64,000 nucleotides of DNA from a virus. A program made the translations under genes and the position numbers. Location: IMG/VR virus record IMGVR_UViG_3300021963_009993, positions 1-64,000 of that record; one strand, 5' to 3'. Position 1 is the stretch's first letter. The number at the start of each line of letters is the position of its first letter. Shown here in pieces: positions 1 through 9,785 of this stretch. Under the pieces are notes generated by a model. It saw only the letters and a list, made by a program, of their open reading frames with translations, had not been told where the DNA came from and made no database searches.

Positions 1-761
1 CCAAATGTATCAAATTTACTTGGGAATACAAAGATGTCATGGGAAGCCAATTCAGTTGCTAATTCCTTGCCATGTAGGAATCCTGTGAATCTAATTTCTG
101 GATGAATAAACTGATAAGAATCCAAACAGATTCCATCTCCTATGATTGTCTTTTCATAAAGGTTATCCAGTTGAACAAAATCATTGAGTCCTTTTTCTGG
201 ACTAACTCTACCACAATAAACCAGACGAATCCTATCTGACTTTTCTTTTGCAACAGGAACAAACAGATCAGTATCGACTCCTCTGCTCCAAATTTTTATT
301 GGTGCAGTAAACCCATAAGATTTCAAAATAAGTATATTCTGTTCAGTAGTGGCCATGACACAGTCTGATTTGTTATGAAACCATCTTAGATACTTTTTAG
401 ATAATCTTAGTCCAAAGCCAAATGTCTTGTAGAAGAAGTTGGGAATATCTGTGTGATAAGCTGTGGTAAATTTATAACCTTTTTTGATACAATATTTTCT
501 AACAGCAAGTCCTATAATTCCTTCTGTGCTAATATGAATGTAATCTGCCCATTCTATTTGATCTTTGATTGTTTTGGTTCTGACCCAATATGGAGAACGG
601 ATATCTTTGGTGAATGGAACTTTGAAGCACCAGTAATCCAGAGGTGTTATTACTTTTACTGTATGTCCCATTTCTTCTAGTTTTTGAATGGTATTTTTTA
701 GTGTTTTAACAACGCCGTTTACTTGTGGTTCCCAAGCGTCTGTGGCTATTAATATGTTCAT
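1..761 (-). CDS. GT4-family glycosyltransferase, 3' end runs off the window
   Basis: Not in the ORF track; read by hand. ATG at 761 overlaps the TGA of the upstream gene (ATGA). Begins MNILIATDAWEPQVNGVVKTL and reaches LASHDIFVFPSKFDTFG at the window edge, both typical GT4 motifs. Confidence 0.9.
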   Translation of the reverse strand, partial: MNILIATDAWEPQVNGVVKTLKNTIQKLEEMGHTVKVITPLDYWCFKVPFTKDIRSPYWVRTKTIKDQIEWADYIHISTEGIIGLAVRKYCIKKGYKFTTAYHTDIPNFFYKTFGFGLRLSKKYLRWFHNKSDCVMATTEQNILILKSYGFTAPIKIWSRGVDTDLFVPVAKEKSDRIRLVYCGRVSPEKGLNDFVQLDNLYEKTIIGDGICLDSYQFIHPEIRFTGFLHGKELATELASHDIFVFPSKFDTF

Positions 762-1429
762 ATATAATTCAGGGTAACTGCTCCTTGGTAAACGGTTAAA
801 TAGGAGCATTGTTTGTCCGTCCAGCAACCAGAATTGCCGTACCATACACCATCAACTAGAGTTGTTTCTGGGAAATGAGTATGACCACACAGGACTATAT
901 CTGCTCCGTTTTCTTTCGCATATTTCACCGCTTCATTCTTTATTCTTTCACTATTTCTCAGGAATGTCTTGCTGTTCTTTTTGGCATATACAGCCAATGA
1001 GTGACTTCGATCTAACTTTTGCATCAACCAATAAATTCCATCAGCCATAGCGGTAATTACTGGATATTTTTGTATAAAGCTATCGAATCTATCTCCATGC
1101 AGGCAAATTATTTTTTTATTATCACTTTGAAATGTATATTCTTGGAAAAATTCAAGTCCTAGAAGGTTGCTGACATATTCGTAGTGTCCATCGTGATTGC
1201 CGTTAAGCCAAATTACTTCTGTGTGTTTTGATAATTTTCTAAGGTCTTTGAGAATATGCCAATGGTGTTTAGGGAGTTTGTTGAAATTGAGACAATCGAA
1301 CAGATCACCATTGACTATGAGTCTTTGTGGCTGTAATTTATCAATTCTTTTCAGGAATTTGTCCAATACTTCTGCTTGGCAGACATCAGAGCCGAGGTGA
1401 ATGTCAGAAATGATAATTGCGTCAAGCAT
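758..1429 (-). CDS. Calcineurin-like metallophosphoesterase (LpxH/UDP-2,3-diacylglucosamine hydrolase-like)
   Basis: Motifs SDIHLG, VNGDLFD, GNHD, LHGDRFD, CGHTH, GNSGCW; translationally coupled to the GT4 gene. Confidence 0.88.
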   Translation of the reverse strand: MLDAIIISDIHLGSDVCQAEVLDKFLKRIDKLQPQRLIVNGDLFDCLNFNKLPKHHWHILKDLRKLSKHTEVIWLNGNHDGHYEYVSNLLGLEFFQEYTFQSDNKKIICLHGDRFDSFIQKYPVITAMADGIYWLMQKLDRSHSLAVYAKKNSKTFLRNSERIKNEAVKYAKENGADIVLCGHTHFPETTLVDGVWYGNSGCWTDKQCSYLTVYQGAVTLNYI

Positions 1430-1508
1430 ACTTTATTTAATCATAAAGTTGCTTGGAAGTGTGTTAAATATAGAAGAAGATATATTGAAGATTTTATGAA
1501 GGAGAATT

Positions 1509-1622
1509 ATGGAAGAATATAAACCAACTTGGTGGGAACTTATAATAATGTGGAGTATTATTTTATTAATTCCAGCGTTAATTTTCTGGGCTGGTTATCT
1601 GGTTGGAAAGGATAATAAATGA
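1509..1622 (+). CDS. Small membrane protein (37 aa)
   Basis: GGAG RBS; MEEYKPTWWELIIMWSIILLIPALIFWAGYLVGKDNK; stop overlaps the next ATG. Confidence 0.55.
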   Translation: MEEYKPTWWELIIMWSIILLIPALIFWAGYLVGKDNK

Positions 1623-1966
1623 TTACATTCAAAACATTTATGGAAAACAATTCTTCAAAAGTTTTCTACCATGTAACTACTCAAGAAAATTACCATAAAA
1701 TTATGCAACATGGTCTTGTGCCAAATGTTGGAGCAAGATCGGCAAAATTAGAAGAGCAGCCTCAAATTTTTTTATTTACTGATAAAGAATCGATGGAAGA
1801 TGCAGTTGCAAATTGGCTTGGCGATGAGTTTGACGAGGATAAAGAGCTTGTTGTTTTACAAGTATCTTTACCTCAAGACTTCCCAATTCAAGTAAACGGT
1901 GGAGAGGCTACGACAACAACACCAATTCCTGCAAAATACATTCAATTAACAAACATACAAGTATGA
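1619..1966 (+). CDS. ADP-ribosyltransferase-fold (Tpt1/KptA-like) protein with N-terminal head-targeting-like tag
   Basis: MITFKTFME tag; FYHVT...IMQHGLVP, IFLFTD and VVLQVSLP match the ART-fold strand pattern. Confidence 0.55.
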   Translation: MITFKTFMENNSSKVFYHVTTQENYHKIMQHGLVPNVGARSAKLEEQPQIFLFTDKESMEDAVANWLGDEFDEDKELVVLQVSLPQDFPIQVNGGEATTTTPIPAKYIQLTNIQV

Positions 1967-2139
1967 TCCTTAAACACGCAGCAATCCCTGAAGGAGACAC
2001 ATTCCCAAATGGAACATTCTTTTTTAAGAGAAGAGTTTTTGGATTCTTGTGCCCTCAGAGTGCAGCGTTTAGGACACACCAAGCATTAGGATTTGGGAAT
2101 TGGTACACTAGTCATTGCTGGAAGTTTGAGGATTTGTAA
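1963..2139 (+). CDS. Hypothetical protein (58 aa)
   Basis: ATGA-coupled to the previous gene; open frame MILKHAAIPEG...WKFEDL fills the gap. Confidence 0.4.
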   Translation: MILKHAAIPEGDTFPNGTFFFKRRVFGFLCPQSAAFRTHQALGFGNWYTSHCWKFEDL

Positions 2140-2146
2140 TAATCAG

Positions 2147-2154
2147 CATAAATA
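2147..2154 (+). promoter_or_regulatory. T4-type late promoter (CATAAATA)
   Basis: 6 nt before the ATG of a tagged gene; no SD sequence. Confidence 0.6.
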
Positions 2155-2160
2155 AATATT

Positions 2161-4350
2161 ATGAATTTCAAAGAATGGTTTTTGATTATTGAATCAAAAG
2201 AAGAAAAAGAATTAGCCCTGCAATTAGCTGGAGATCAAGAAATCTTACAGCAATTAAACAACGAAATACCACAAAATCAAAAAGATACTGATAAATTACT
2301 GCTTTTGGCAGCTTATTACTACTCACAAAACAATAATCTCAATCAAATAAAAACGGATATTAAAGACTACATAGCTCTACTTAAAAACAACAGAATTCCT
2401 TTGATAATGGTGGATTTAAAAACCAAAAAGCCACCAAAAGACTATTTGACATGGACTCAAGAAATTCACGGACACCAAGCTGAGGAAGAATTCAAGCAAA
2501 AAAAGAAATACACACCCAGCGATATTGATTTTCAAAGTGAAAAACCAATAATGACTAGTCCAGATGGCAAAATAAAAGTCTATGAATCCAATTCACCACA
2601 ACAATGCATCATACTTGGAAAAGGTCAGAAATTTTGTGTTTCACAACCGGGAAACACAATGTGGAAAAGTTATAGAGATACTAAAGGTAGCACATTTTAC
2701 TTCGTCTATGACTATACAAGAAATGATGAGTTGAGTATCGTGGTTATTGATCAAAACTATCATGGAACACAATTAACAGACATAAGAAACAAAACAGGAA
2801 CAACAAAAGACCCGTTTACTGGCGAAAATACAAACAAACCAGATTCTTATTTAAAGTATCTTCAACAAAATGGAATTGATGTTAAAAAATTGATTAATAA
2901 GCCAAAAACAAAACAGGAAAAACTAGAAGATAAAAAACTAGGGGAAGAGAATGACAAATTGGATTGGTTCGTTTCATTGACACCACAGGAAAAATCAAAT
3001 TACATCGGAAGAGGACATCTTTTGTCCAATAAACAATTTGACTATTTGTGGAAGAACAGATTCATGAGTTTGTTGGAACAATATGTCAAGACTGGATTGA
3101 AATTACAACCATATCAAATAAGCAAAATTGCTACCAATATAGACCTGAAGAAGAATTATGTTCACAACAGAATGATTGCAAACAATCATGATTTTAACAT
3201 AAGTGAATATGAATGGGATTTGTTGAACGATCAACAAAAAAATGAAATTAGTGAATATCCCAAGGCGAATATTAGGAAAGCGTTTGAACTAAACAATAAT
3301 AAACTTATCAAATACTTGGTTGAAAAGGGTGCTGAGATTGGAGATTTGGCAAAAACTGCTGCCATAAACAAAAACATTGACCTTATGAAATATCTGATTG
3401 ACAAGGGTGCGGACATTGAAGGAACCACAGTAGACGATTTAGCCTACTGGGGAGATTTAAGTCTTATGAAATATTTGATTGATGAAAAGAAAGTCAAGTT
3501 TACAGATCGGATACTTACTCAAGCAGCAGGTTCAGGAAACTTAGAACTTGTTAAATATTTAATAAAGAAAGTTGCCAAAATTGAATCCGACACAGTAAGG
3601 TATGCAGCGGATAGTGGTAACTTTGAACTGGTTAAATACTTGGTGGACGAGGGTGGTGAAATCGATGAGCATGCAGTAAGCAGAGCAGCAAAGAGTGGAA
3701 ATCAAGAATTAGTTGAATACCTAGTAGATCGTCATGGCCAAATTGATGATAAAGCCTTGGATAACGCATCAAAAAGTGGAAATTTAGAACTAGTAAAATA
3801 TTTGGTACAAAAAGGTGCCAAGATTGACAAAGAAATAAAACCTACATCAGTATTTAGTATTGATCCTGTTAATTCAGCAATAAGGTCTGGCAATGCCGAG
3901 CTTGTAGAATACTTGGTTGATACAGAAAAAATGCATATGAATAGAACATATGCATTATATCATGCATTGCATTCTGGAAGTGTGCCTTTGGTCAAATATT
4001 TGGTAGACAAAAAACATCTTCCAATTGAAGACAACGCATTGGGAATAGCAGCAAGAGAAGGACACTTGGATTTAACAAAATACTTACTTGATGAAAAACA
4101 TGTGCCCTTAGATGAAAGAATAGTCTCTGAGGCAGCAAGTTCTGGAAACTTAGAACTTGTTAAATATTTAATTGATGTCAAAAAAGCAAAAATACCAGAT
4201 GACACATTACGATATGCCCTGTCCTCAACAAATATGGAACTAATAAAATATCTTGTTGATGAAAAAAATGTCCCAGTAGAAGAAGATGTGGTATTTGAAT
4301 TTTCTAGAAACCCAGAGATAAAACAATATCTCATGAATAAAATTAAATAG
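2161..4350 (+). CDS. Tagged ankyrin-repeat protein, copy 1
   Basis: MNFKEWFLIIE tag; about 13 repeats of type AA.SGNLELVKYLVxxGA; the N-terminal ~360 aa closely match 42656..44332. Confidence 0.9.
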   Translation: MNFKEWFLIIESKEEKELALQLAGDQEILQQLNNEIPQNQKDTDKLLLLAAYYYSQNNNLNQIKTDIKDYIALLKNNRIPLIMVDLKTKKPPKDYLTWTQEIHGHQAEEEFKQKKKYTPSDIDFQSEKPIMTSPDGKIKVYESNSPQQCIILGKGQKFCVSQPGNTMWKSYRDTKGSTFYFVYDYTRNDELSIVVIDQNYHGTQLTDIRNKTGTTKDPFTGENTNKPDSYLKYLQQNGIDVKKLINKPKTKQEKLEDKKLGEENDKLDWFVSLTPQEKSNYIGRGHLLSNKQFDYLWKNRFMSLLEQYVKTGLKLQPYQISKIATNIDLKKNYVHNRMIANNHDFNISEYEWDLLNDQQKNEISEYPKANIRKAFELNNNKLIKYLVEKGAEIGDLAKTAAINKNIDLMKYLIDKGADIEGTTVDDLAYWGDLSLMKYLIDEKKVKFTDRILTQAAGSGNLELVKYLIKKVAKIESDTVRYAADSGNFELVKYLVDEGGEIDEHAVSRAAKSGNQELVEYLVDRHGQIDDKALDNASKSGNLELVKYLVQKGAKIDKEIKPTSVFSIDPVNSAIRSGNAELVEYLVDTEKMHMNRTYALYHALHSGSVPLVKYLVDKKHLPIEDNALGIAAREGHLDLTKYLLDEKHVPLDERIVSEAASSGNLELVKYLIDVKKAKIPDDTLRYALSSTNMELIKYLVDEKNVPVEEDVVFEFSRNPEIKQYLMNKIK

Positions 4351-4409
4351 AGTTGATTCAAAAAACACTTTTTGCTTTAATAGTTGTTGTTTGAGGATTT
4401 GTTCTAACG

Positions 4410-4589
4410 ATGCATGCTTTCAACTTTCATAAAAATGTCCTAAGCGACTTGAATGGCTATCACTTTTCTGTTAACTTTTGCGACGAAGTTTACAGCAACA
4501 GTTTCGTTGCAGTTTTAAATTTATTTTCAAGACCAACGGCAAGCAGAGCTTTTGGTTATCAAGTTAATTCAATCATATTGGTGTCTTAA
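4410..4589 (+). CDS. Small hypothetical protein
   Basis: GAGGA RBS; TAATG coupling to the next ORF. Confidence 0.4.
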   Translation: MHAFNFHKNVLSDLNGYHFSVNFCDEVYSNSFVAVLNLFSRPTASRAFGYQVNSIILVS

Positions 4590-4771
4590 TGCGACTAGAT
4601 ATGATTTTTCAAAAAAGCAGAGCATATCTTTTTGCCAGAGGGGAACAAATTTCTTGGCATAATGGCAGTTGGGCTAGTGGCCTAAAAGAAAAAAAGCCAA
4701 GATCAGAATGTTTTTCTACCAGCCAACAGGATATGATTGTTTACGGTAAAATCTTCAACAAGTGGTTCTAA
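4589..4771 (+). CDS. Small hypothetical protein
   Basis: ORF track; coupled at both ends. Confidence 0.4.
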   Translation: MRLDMIFQKSRAYLFARGEQISWHNGSWASGLKEKKPRSECFSTSQQDMIVYGKIFNKWF

Positions 4772-4772
4772 C

Positions 4773-4919
4773 ATGGAAACTCGCATTAAAGCTTTTAGTT
4801 ATCGAATAGGATTCAGTAGTTTTATCAGAATGTACCCTAAATCATGTTTTATTGGAATTACTTACTACTCAGGGGCATTTAACAGAGATAAAATAAGAAG
4901 TGAAATTTGGGGTGATTAA
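4773..4919 (+). CDS. Small hypothetical protein
   Basis: ATG 1 nt after the preceding stop. Confidence 0.35.
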   Translation: METRIKAFSYRIGFSSFIRMYPKSCFIGITYYSGAFNRDKIRSEIWGD

Positions 4920-4923
4920 TCGC

Positions 4924-5052
4924 TTGACAAAAGAGATTAATTTGTTAGTCTAGTTAAGTCGGTTTGTCTTGTAGACAGATTGGCGTTAGGAATCCTGTGG
5001 GAAACCTATCCGAGCCACAAAGACCCCTGTCAGCAATGATTGGGGTCTTTGT
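4924..5052 (+). ncRNA. Candidate small structured RNA between a sigma70-like promoter and a terminator-like hairpin
   Basis: TTGACA at 4924 with a TAGTCT-like -10; hairpin GTCGGTTTGTCT/AGACAGATTGGC with G-U pairs; ends in an 11-bp stem ACAAAGACCCC/GGGGTCTTTGT; no ORF inside. Confidence 0.3.
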
Positions 5053-5066
5053 GTATGGAGACTTGT

Positions 5067-5255
5067 ATGATCTTAAGAAATACAAGCTGGTCATCAGTCT
5101 ATTTGTTCAGCAATGGATTCATGTATAGCTTTGCACACTTAGGTGAAATGGATTATTCATTCAATTGGACAAGACATTATCAGCAATCAACAGAAATTAG
5201 CCATGCCTTTTCTACCAAGACTTGGCGTGGTAGATGCTGGAGCAAAAACATATGA
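5067..5255 (+). CDS. Small hypothetical protein
   Basis: GGAG RBS; ATGA-coupled to 5252..5425. Confidence 0.35.
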   Translation: MILRNTSWSSVYLFSNGFMYSFAHLGEMDYSFNWTRHYQQSTEISHAFSTKTWRGRCWSKNI

Positions 5256-5425
5256 TCCATAAAATAAACTGCCGGTGCAGAAACCCATCAAGAAGTTCTT
5301 GGCTTCACGGCAGAGGAATGAGTCCTTTGTTTGTCAATGAATATTATTATGTGCGTATTTTCGCAAATCATGTCTATTGGTGTAATGTCTTTTGCGGTAG
5401 TCAAGGTAGCTCCATGCGAATTTGA
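5252..5425 (+). CDS. Small hypothetical protein
   Basis: ATGA overlap; ends just before a terminator. Confidence 0.3.
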   Translation: MIHKINCRCRNPSRSSWLHGRGMSPLFVNEYYYVRIFANHVYWCNVFCGSQGSSMRI

Positions 5426-5441
5426 CATTTGCAAATCCAAT

Positions 5442-5472
5442 AAAAAAAGCCACCTAAAAAGGTGGCTTTTTT
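5442..5472. terminator. Bidirectional intrinsic terminator
   Basis: A7-GCCACC-taaaaa-GGTGGC-T6 between convergent genes. Confidence 0.8.
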
Positions 5473-5488
5473 CTGTAGTTTAAAATAC

Positions 5489-7762
5489 TTAATTGACTCT
5501 TTGGATGAATCCTAAATCTTCCAATTGTTGAATATCATTGTTGAATTCTTCTCCATCTTTAATTTCAACAACTTTGACTTTGTGACTGTCACTTGTATCT
5601 GTCAAAGTCATATAGCCAGTTCTCTGCATGGATTTCCCATTTATTATGGATGTATCCAAATTTCCAGAGCAAGCTTCGGTTGACATTAATGCTGGTGTGA
5701 GAACCAAATCGTAATCGGTAACAATATTTGTTGGGCCTATGGCACCATTCTTCATTATTTCAACAAAAGCTGATGCTAAGTTGACTCTTTCCTCAGATGT
5801 CAAAGGTTGGTGATCTCCCTTGGTAACAAGAATGTAAAATATTTCTCTTCTATCTGAAATGTTGGCAATTGCGTGATCATCTCTTTCTGTTGTCGGGTCA
5901 TACAAATGGTCTATTCCATTTGAGTTTCCAGGCACTATGATGATGCCGTTGTAGGATGGATCGCTAGTGTCCCATAAGCCTCTGTAATAGCATGTGTACT
6001 CTTGTCCATATGCTTGAATGGAAAAGACATCTATTTCGATTTCGCCACCACCATCTGCACCACTATTACCAGCTATCGAGAAGTCAACAACACTTGTATC
6101 GGTGGCAACTAATGCCAATAGACCCGGATACATAGCTGTAAAATAACGACTTCCAGCACCAAATTTATTGACAGAACTTACAGTAACACTATCGTTTCTG
6201 GTTGGTTTGTAAGCAAAACTATATTCTTCCAAACTGTTATATAAATCATCATTGTCAGCAGGTGTATGTGTGAAAGGTATTGAATTTACTTTAATAAAAT
6301 TAAAATATAAATTTTGAACAACAGCTGTGGCACCGATTCCATCACCTACTATTTGTATTTCAGGTGTGGCATAAAAACCATCTCCTTGGTTTGTTATGTC
6401 AATCGAGGTTATTGAACCAGCATCATCGAAATATACTAGTGTTTCTGCGCCTGTGTTGCCCCCACCAACAAAAACAACATTTGCTGTTGTATAGCCACTA
6501 CCACCATTTGTTACTTGTATGTAACTGATACTTCTTCTGAATGGTTGTGTCAATGATGTGTTGAAAAATGTGCCACCATCTTCAAGGTCTTCACCACCAT
6601 CGCTAATACCCCAATATGTGATCGTTGATAATTGTGGCAATCCACCACCCAAGAATTCTCCAGTAGTGACATTATATTTAACAAGTTTAAAATATGGCTT
6701 GTTGAATTCACCACCAATTAATACCTCGGTAGGAGAATACATCACTATTGAATAAACTTCTTCTTCTACATCGTAAGGGTTATTCCAAGGTTTGTGAGTA
6801 CCATCAGAATTCAAACAAGCAACTTTTAGTTGTATGGTATTCATGATGTTTGTGAAATCACCACCAACAATCATTGAATCGTCTGGAAGAACTTTTATGG
6901 CAAGAACGCCTGCATCTGATCCAGAATTCAAACCAAAACTGTCATCCAGAGAACCATCTGCATTCAACCTAGCTATTTTGTTGTGAGTAGAAGCATCAAC
7001 AGTATCAAAATACCCTACAACAATGATTTTGCCATCACTCTGAAAATCAAAATCTACTAATTCATCATTAAAATTAACACTACTGAAACTTCCATTGGGA
7101 ATTCCAAGAATATTACATGACTTCATATTGTCATATGATGCCAAATAAAGCATATTGCTTCTATTTTTAATACTAGATACTCCATTTGTCAGATAACCTG
7201 AAATGTTATTTGTGAATTCTGTGTCAAGAACACCGTAGGAATCTAACTTGACAAGATATTGAACTGGTGTGCCGTTATAAGAACTGAAAAAGCCACCAAC
7301 ATACATAGAGTTGTCATTGTTGACTAATATTGATTGACAATCACCATCAAAACCACTAAGACCACTAGCAAATGTCACATCAAGCGTACCATCAGAATTC
7401 AATCTTGCAATCTTGTTGCATGTAGTTGCTCCTACAGAAGTGAATGCCCCAACAATTATTATCTTACCGTCTGACTGCAAAGCAATTTCTCTTACATCAG
7501 AATCCAAGTCTAAATTAGGAAATGACTCATCCATGCTGAAATCAGCATTTAATCTGAATAAATATTGCCCAGAATCCGATGCAATCAATATCTTTCCGTC
7601 AGCTTGCTTGCACATGGCACGGACAGTTATTGAACAATTATTTCCAGTACTATTGCATCTGTCATAATCATCGCTAAAATAAAATTTATTCGATACTTGA
7701 TTGGTAATTAAAGCATGATACTGATTCAAATTATTCAAATATTGTTGTATTAATGTGGACAT
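5489..7762 (-). CDS. Delta-60 repeat (DUF5122-like) beta-propeller protein, probably virion or fibre associated
   Basis: Repeats QSDGKIIIVGAFT...IARLNSDGTLD and QSDGKIIVVGYF...IARLNADGSLD; later a VTNGGSGYT fibre-type motif. Confidence 0.8.
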   Translation of the reverse strand: MSTLIQQYLNNLNQYHALITNQVSNKFYFSDDYDRCNSTGNNCSITVRAMCKQADGKILIASDSGQYLFRLNADFSMDESFPNLDLDSDVREIALQSDGKIIIVGAFTSVGATTCNKIARLNSDGTLDVTFASGLSGFDGDCQSILVNNDNSMYVGGFFSSYNGTPVQYLVKLDSYGVLDTEFTNNISGYLTNGVSSIKNRSNMLYLASYDNMKSCNILGIPNGSFSSVNFNDELVDFDFQSDGKIIVVGYFDTVDASTHNKIARLNADGSLDDSFGLNSGSDAGVLAIKVLPDDSMIVGGDFTNIMNTIQLKVACLNSDGTHKPWNNPYDVEEEVYSIVMYSPTEVLIGGEFNKPYFKLVKYNVTTGEFLGGGLPQLSTITYWGISDGGEDLEDGGTFFNTSLTQPFRRSISYIQVTNGGSGYTTANVVFVGGGNTGAETLVYFDDAGSITSIDITNQGDGFYATPEIQIVGDGIGATAVVQNLYFNFIKVNSIPFTHTPADNDDLYNSLEEYSFAYKPTRNDSVTVSSVNKFGAGSRYFTAMYPGLLALVATDTSVVDFSIAGNSGADGGGEIEIDVFSIQAYGQEYTCYYRGLWDTSDPSYNGIIIVPGNSNGIDHLYDPTTERDDHAIANISDRREIFYILVTKGDHQPLTSEERVNLASAFVEIMKNGAIGPTNIVTDYDLVLTPALMSTEACSGNLDTSIINGKSMQRTGYMTLTDTSDSHKVKVVEIKDGEEFNNDIQQLEDLGFIQRVN

Positions 7763-7782
7763 TATTTTTCCTTTGTATTATA

Positions 7783-8295
7783 TTACCAAGTTGACAAACC
7801 AGCCCTTTTCCATATTTGGGTAGTACCATCGTAATTACCCGTGCAATAATATACAAAACTACTATCAAAAGCCACCATTCCTAAAGTATCCCCAACAGCA
7901 CCAATAGAAGCGGTCGGAGCTACAGATGTTGGAAATGTTGTTCTGCCATTCGCATCAAAATTCCACTTCTTCTCACCAGCACCACCATTCTGCCAATTTG
8001 AAAACAATTGAACAGCATTTTCTGTAACATAAATATTGCCAGCACCAGTACCATTACCGTCTGAACCATAAGAATAAACATAAATATGGTCGGAACTTTG
8101 ACTTGATCTGATATTCAATCCAGTATCAGAAGCACCATCAAACAAATAATGACCCTTCTGAAGCATCAAACCCTCAGACTCCAATACAGATGAAGCCAAA
8201 TTCAAATTGTCGCTTTTCACAACATCATTGAATGATTTGGGCAGAATATTGTCTGCTGCACCCGGTCCAGTACCCTCAGTTGTTGTTGCACCCAT
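7783..8295 (-). CDS. Fibre or structural-type hypothetical protein
   Basis: AATAAATA and AGGAG precede ATG 8295 (MGATTTEGTG); the C-terminus GD.LG.VAFDSSFVYYC..NYDG..QIWKR..L.TW resembles tails of myovirus fibre proteins. Confidence 0.6.
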   Translation of the reverse strand: MGATTTEGTGPGAADNILPKSFNDVVKSDNLNLASSVLESEGLMLQKGHYLFDGASDTGLNIRSSQSSDHIYVYSYGSDGNGTGAGNIYVTENAVQLFSNWQNGGAGEKKWNFDANGRTTFPTSVAPTASIGAVGDTLGMVAFDSSFVYYCTGNYDGTTQIWKRAGLSTW

Positions 8296-8384
8296 AGTTT
8301 GCTCCTTTTCATGATATTTATTCAAATTTCGCTTTATTTTTAAATCAGATCAGTTAAAATCTACTGAATCAAGAGAGGGCTACT

Positions 8385-8732
8385 ATGATTGCGATTATTT
8401 GCACAGATGGACAATTAAGCCACAAAGACATTCAAAGAGAATGCATCAAACAAAAATGGATTCCATTGTTAACTCTTAAATCACAAGAAAAAACAATACT
8501 TCCAGTATTCAATCTTGCCGATATAGCTTACAAATTCGTTGTGAGAAATCTGCCAAAAGAATGGAAACATGGTTGTGTGCATCTGACAAATGATGACATT
8601 GCAACAATCATCAAAAAAAATTGGACTATACAACCAATGGATTTCCCCAGAAAAATAAAAGATAACCCAGAATTTGAAATGTCTTTTGAAATCCACGAAT
8701 TCACAGAAGAACCAGACTACAGGATGGGCTAA
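8385..8732 (+). CDS. Hypothetical protein
   Basis: GAGGG RBS, 115 aa. Confidence 0.7.
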   Translation: MIAIICTDGQLSHKDIQRECIKQKWIPLLTLKSQEKTILPVFNLADIAYKFVVRNLPKEWKHGCVHLTNDDIATIIKKNWTIQPMDFPRKIKDNPEFEMSFEIHEFTEEPDYRMG

Positions 8733-8806
8733 ATGATAGTTTTCGTCATAATTGTTTTGATATTTGTAATCGTAATAATCTCAAGCGAAAAACTAAGTTC
8801 TTCTGA

Positions 8807-9682
8807 TTAATCACCAAGAACAACACACGGATACAACTCATCAATTGAATCCGAACCTGCCGAATCCATTATGATTATCTTTCTGACTTCAGAAAGCCAA
8901 TCCGATGGTATGTTTTTCGTCACGATAAACTTTGTAGGATAATCCTTATCTGTTTCTATTTTCCACAACCTTAGTCCAGAATTACTGACGGCATGAAAGC
9001 CAGATTCTTCACCCAAGAACAATTCTTTTGCTGCTTTATCACGCTTTTGTATTATCTCATCGTATTGCTGCCTGTCATTGTTGTATATTGATATGATTTT
9101 GCCATCTTTAACCTTCTTCTTGCTCTTCAACCAGTCACACACAGTACCATCGCAAATGGGGTGATTTTTGCATACTATGTACTCATTGTTCATCCCCGCA
9201 ATGACCTTGTAATCCTTGATGGGGAATACACTTTCGCAATGAATACATTCAACTTTTGAATCAAAATCATATTTCATTGGTGAATGTTCATTGAAGTATG
9301 TTCGTTTATCCTTGATGTAAAGTTCACGAACTCCCCCCGTACCCAGAAACATCTTGTGTTTTTCATCTTCCTCCGCATACCAAGCATCCATCAATTTCTT
9401 GGTTGCCAAATACTCTTCCATGTTAATCTGCTCAGAATTCTCAAAAGCAAATTTGAAAACTGTGCTGATACCCTTGGACATGATGATATTGCCATTCAGA
9501 CAATTCATGTCTTTTATAAATTTCCTTAATATAAGATTGTCATTTTTGTTGCCAACACACTCATGCGACAAACCAACATCGGTGTCAATTTGTATTCGCA
9601 AATACCTACACAAACCACTTGCCGTGACAAATGAAATTAATTCTTCAACATCTTTAAAAAGTTTTGTTTTGATCCTAAACAT
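8807..9682 (-). CDS. Hypothetical protein with CxxC...C....C putative zinc site
   Basis: AGGAG RBS; ECIHC...VCKNHPIC. Confidence 0.7.
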   Translation of the reverse strand: MFRIKTKLFKDVEELISFVTASGLCRYLRIQIDTDVGLSHECVGNKNDNLILRKFIKDMNCLNGNIIMSKGISTVFKFAFENSEQINMEEYLATKKLMDAWYAEEDEKHKMFLGTGGVRELYIKDKRTYFNEHSPMKYDFDSKVECIHCESVFPIKDYKVIAGMNNEYIVCKNHPICDGTVCDWLKSKKKVKDGKIISIYNNDRQQYDEIIQKRDKAAKELFLGEESGFHAVSNSGLRLWKIETDKDYPTKFIVTKNIPSDWLSEVRKIIIMDSAGSDSIDELYPCVVLGD

Positions 9683-9746
9683 GATTGCTCCTTTTCTCTT
9701 CTTTGTCTTTTAACAAAAATAGAAAAAATAGCAAATATACAAACGA

Positions 9747-9775
9747 AAATCCCCTTGCTGTCAACAAGGGGATTT
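9747..9775 (-). terminator. Intrinsic terminator-like hairpin
   Basis: AAATCCCCTTG/CAAGGGGATTT stem downstream of the 9786..10385 gene. Confidence 0.6.
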
Positions 9776-9785
9776 AAACATTTAA

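Noticed and set aside
4960-5052. Known riboswitch (e.g. c-di-GMP) or a second tRNA
   Set aside because: Conserved aptamer motifs and a cloverleaf with a TTC loop could not be found; kept only as an unassigned RNA candidate.
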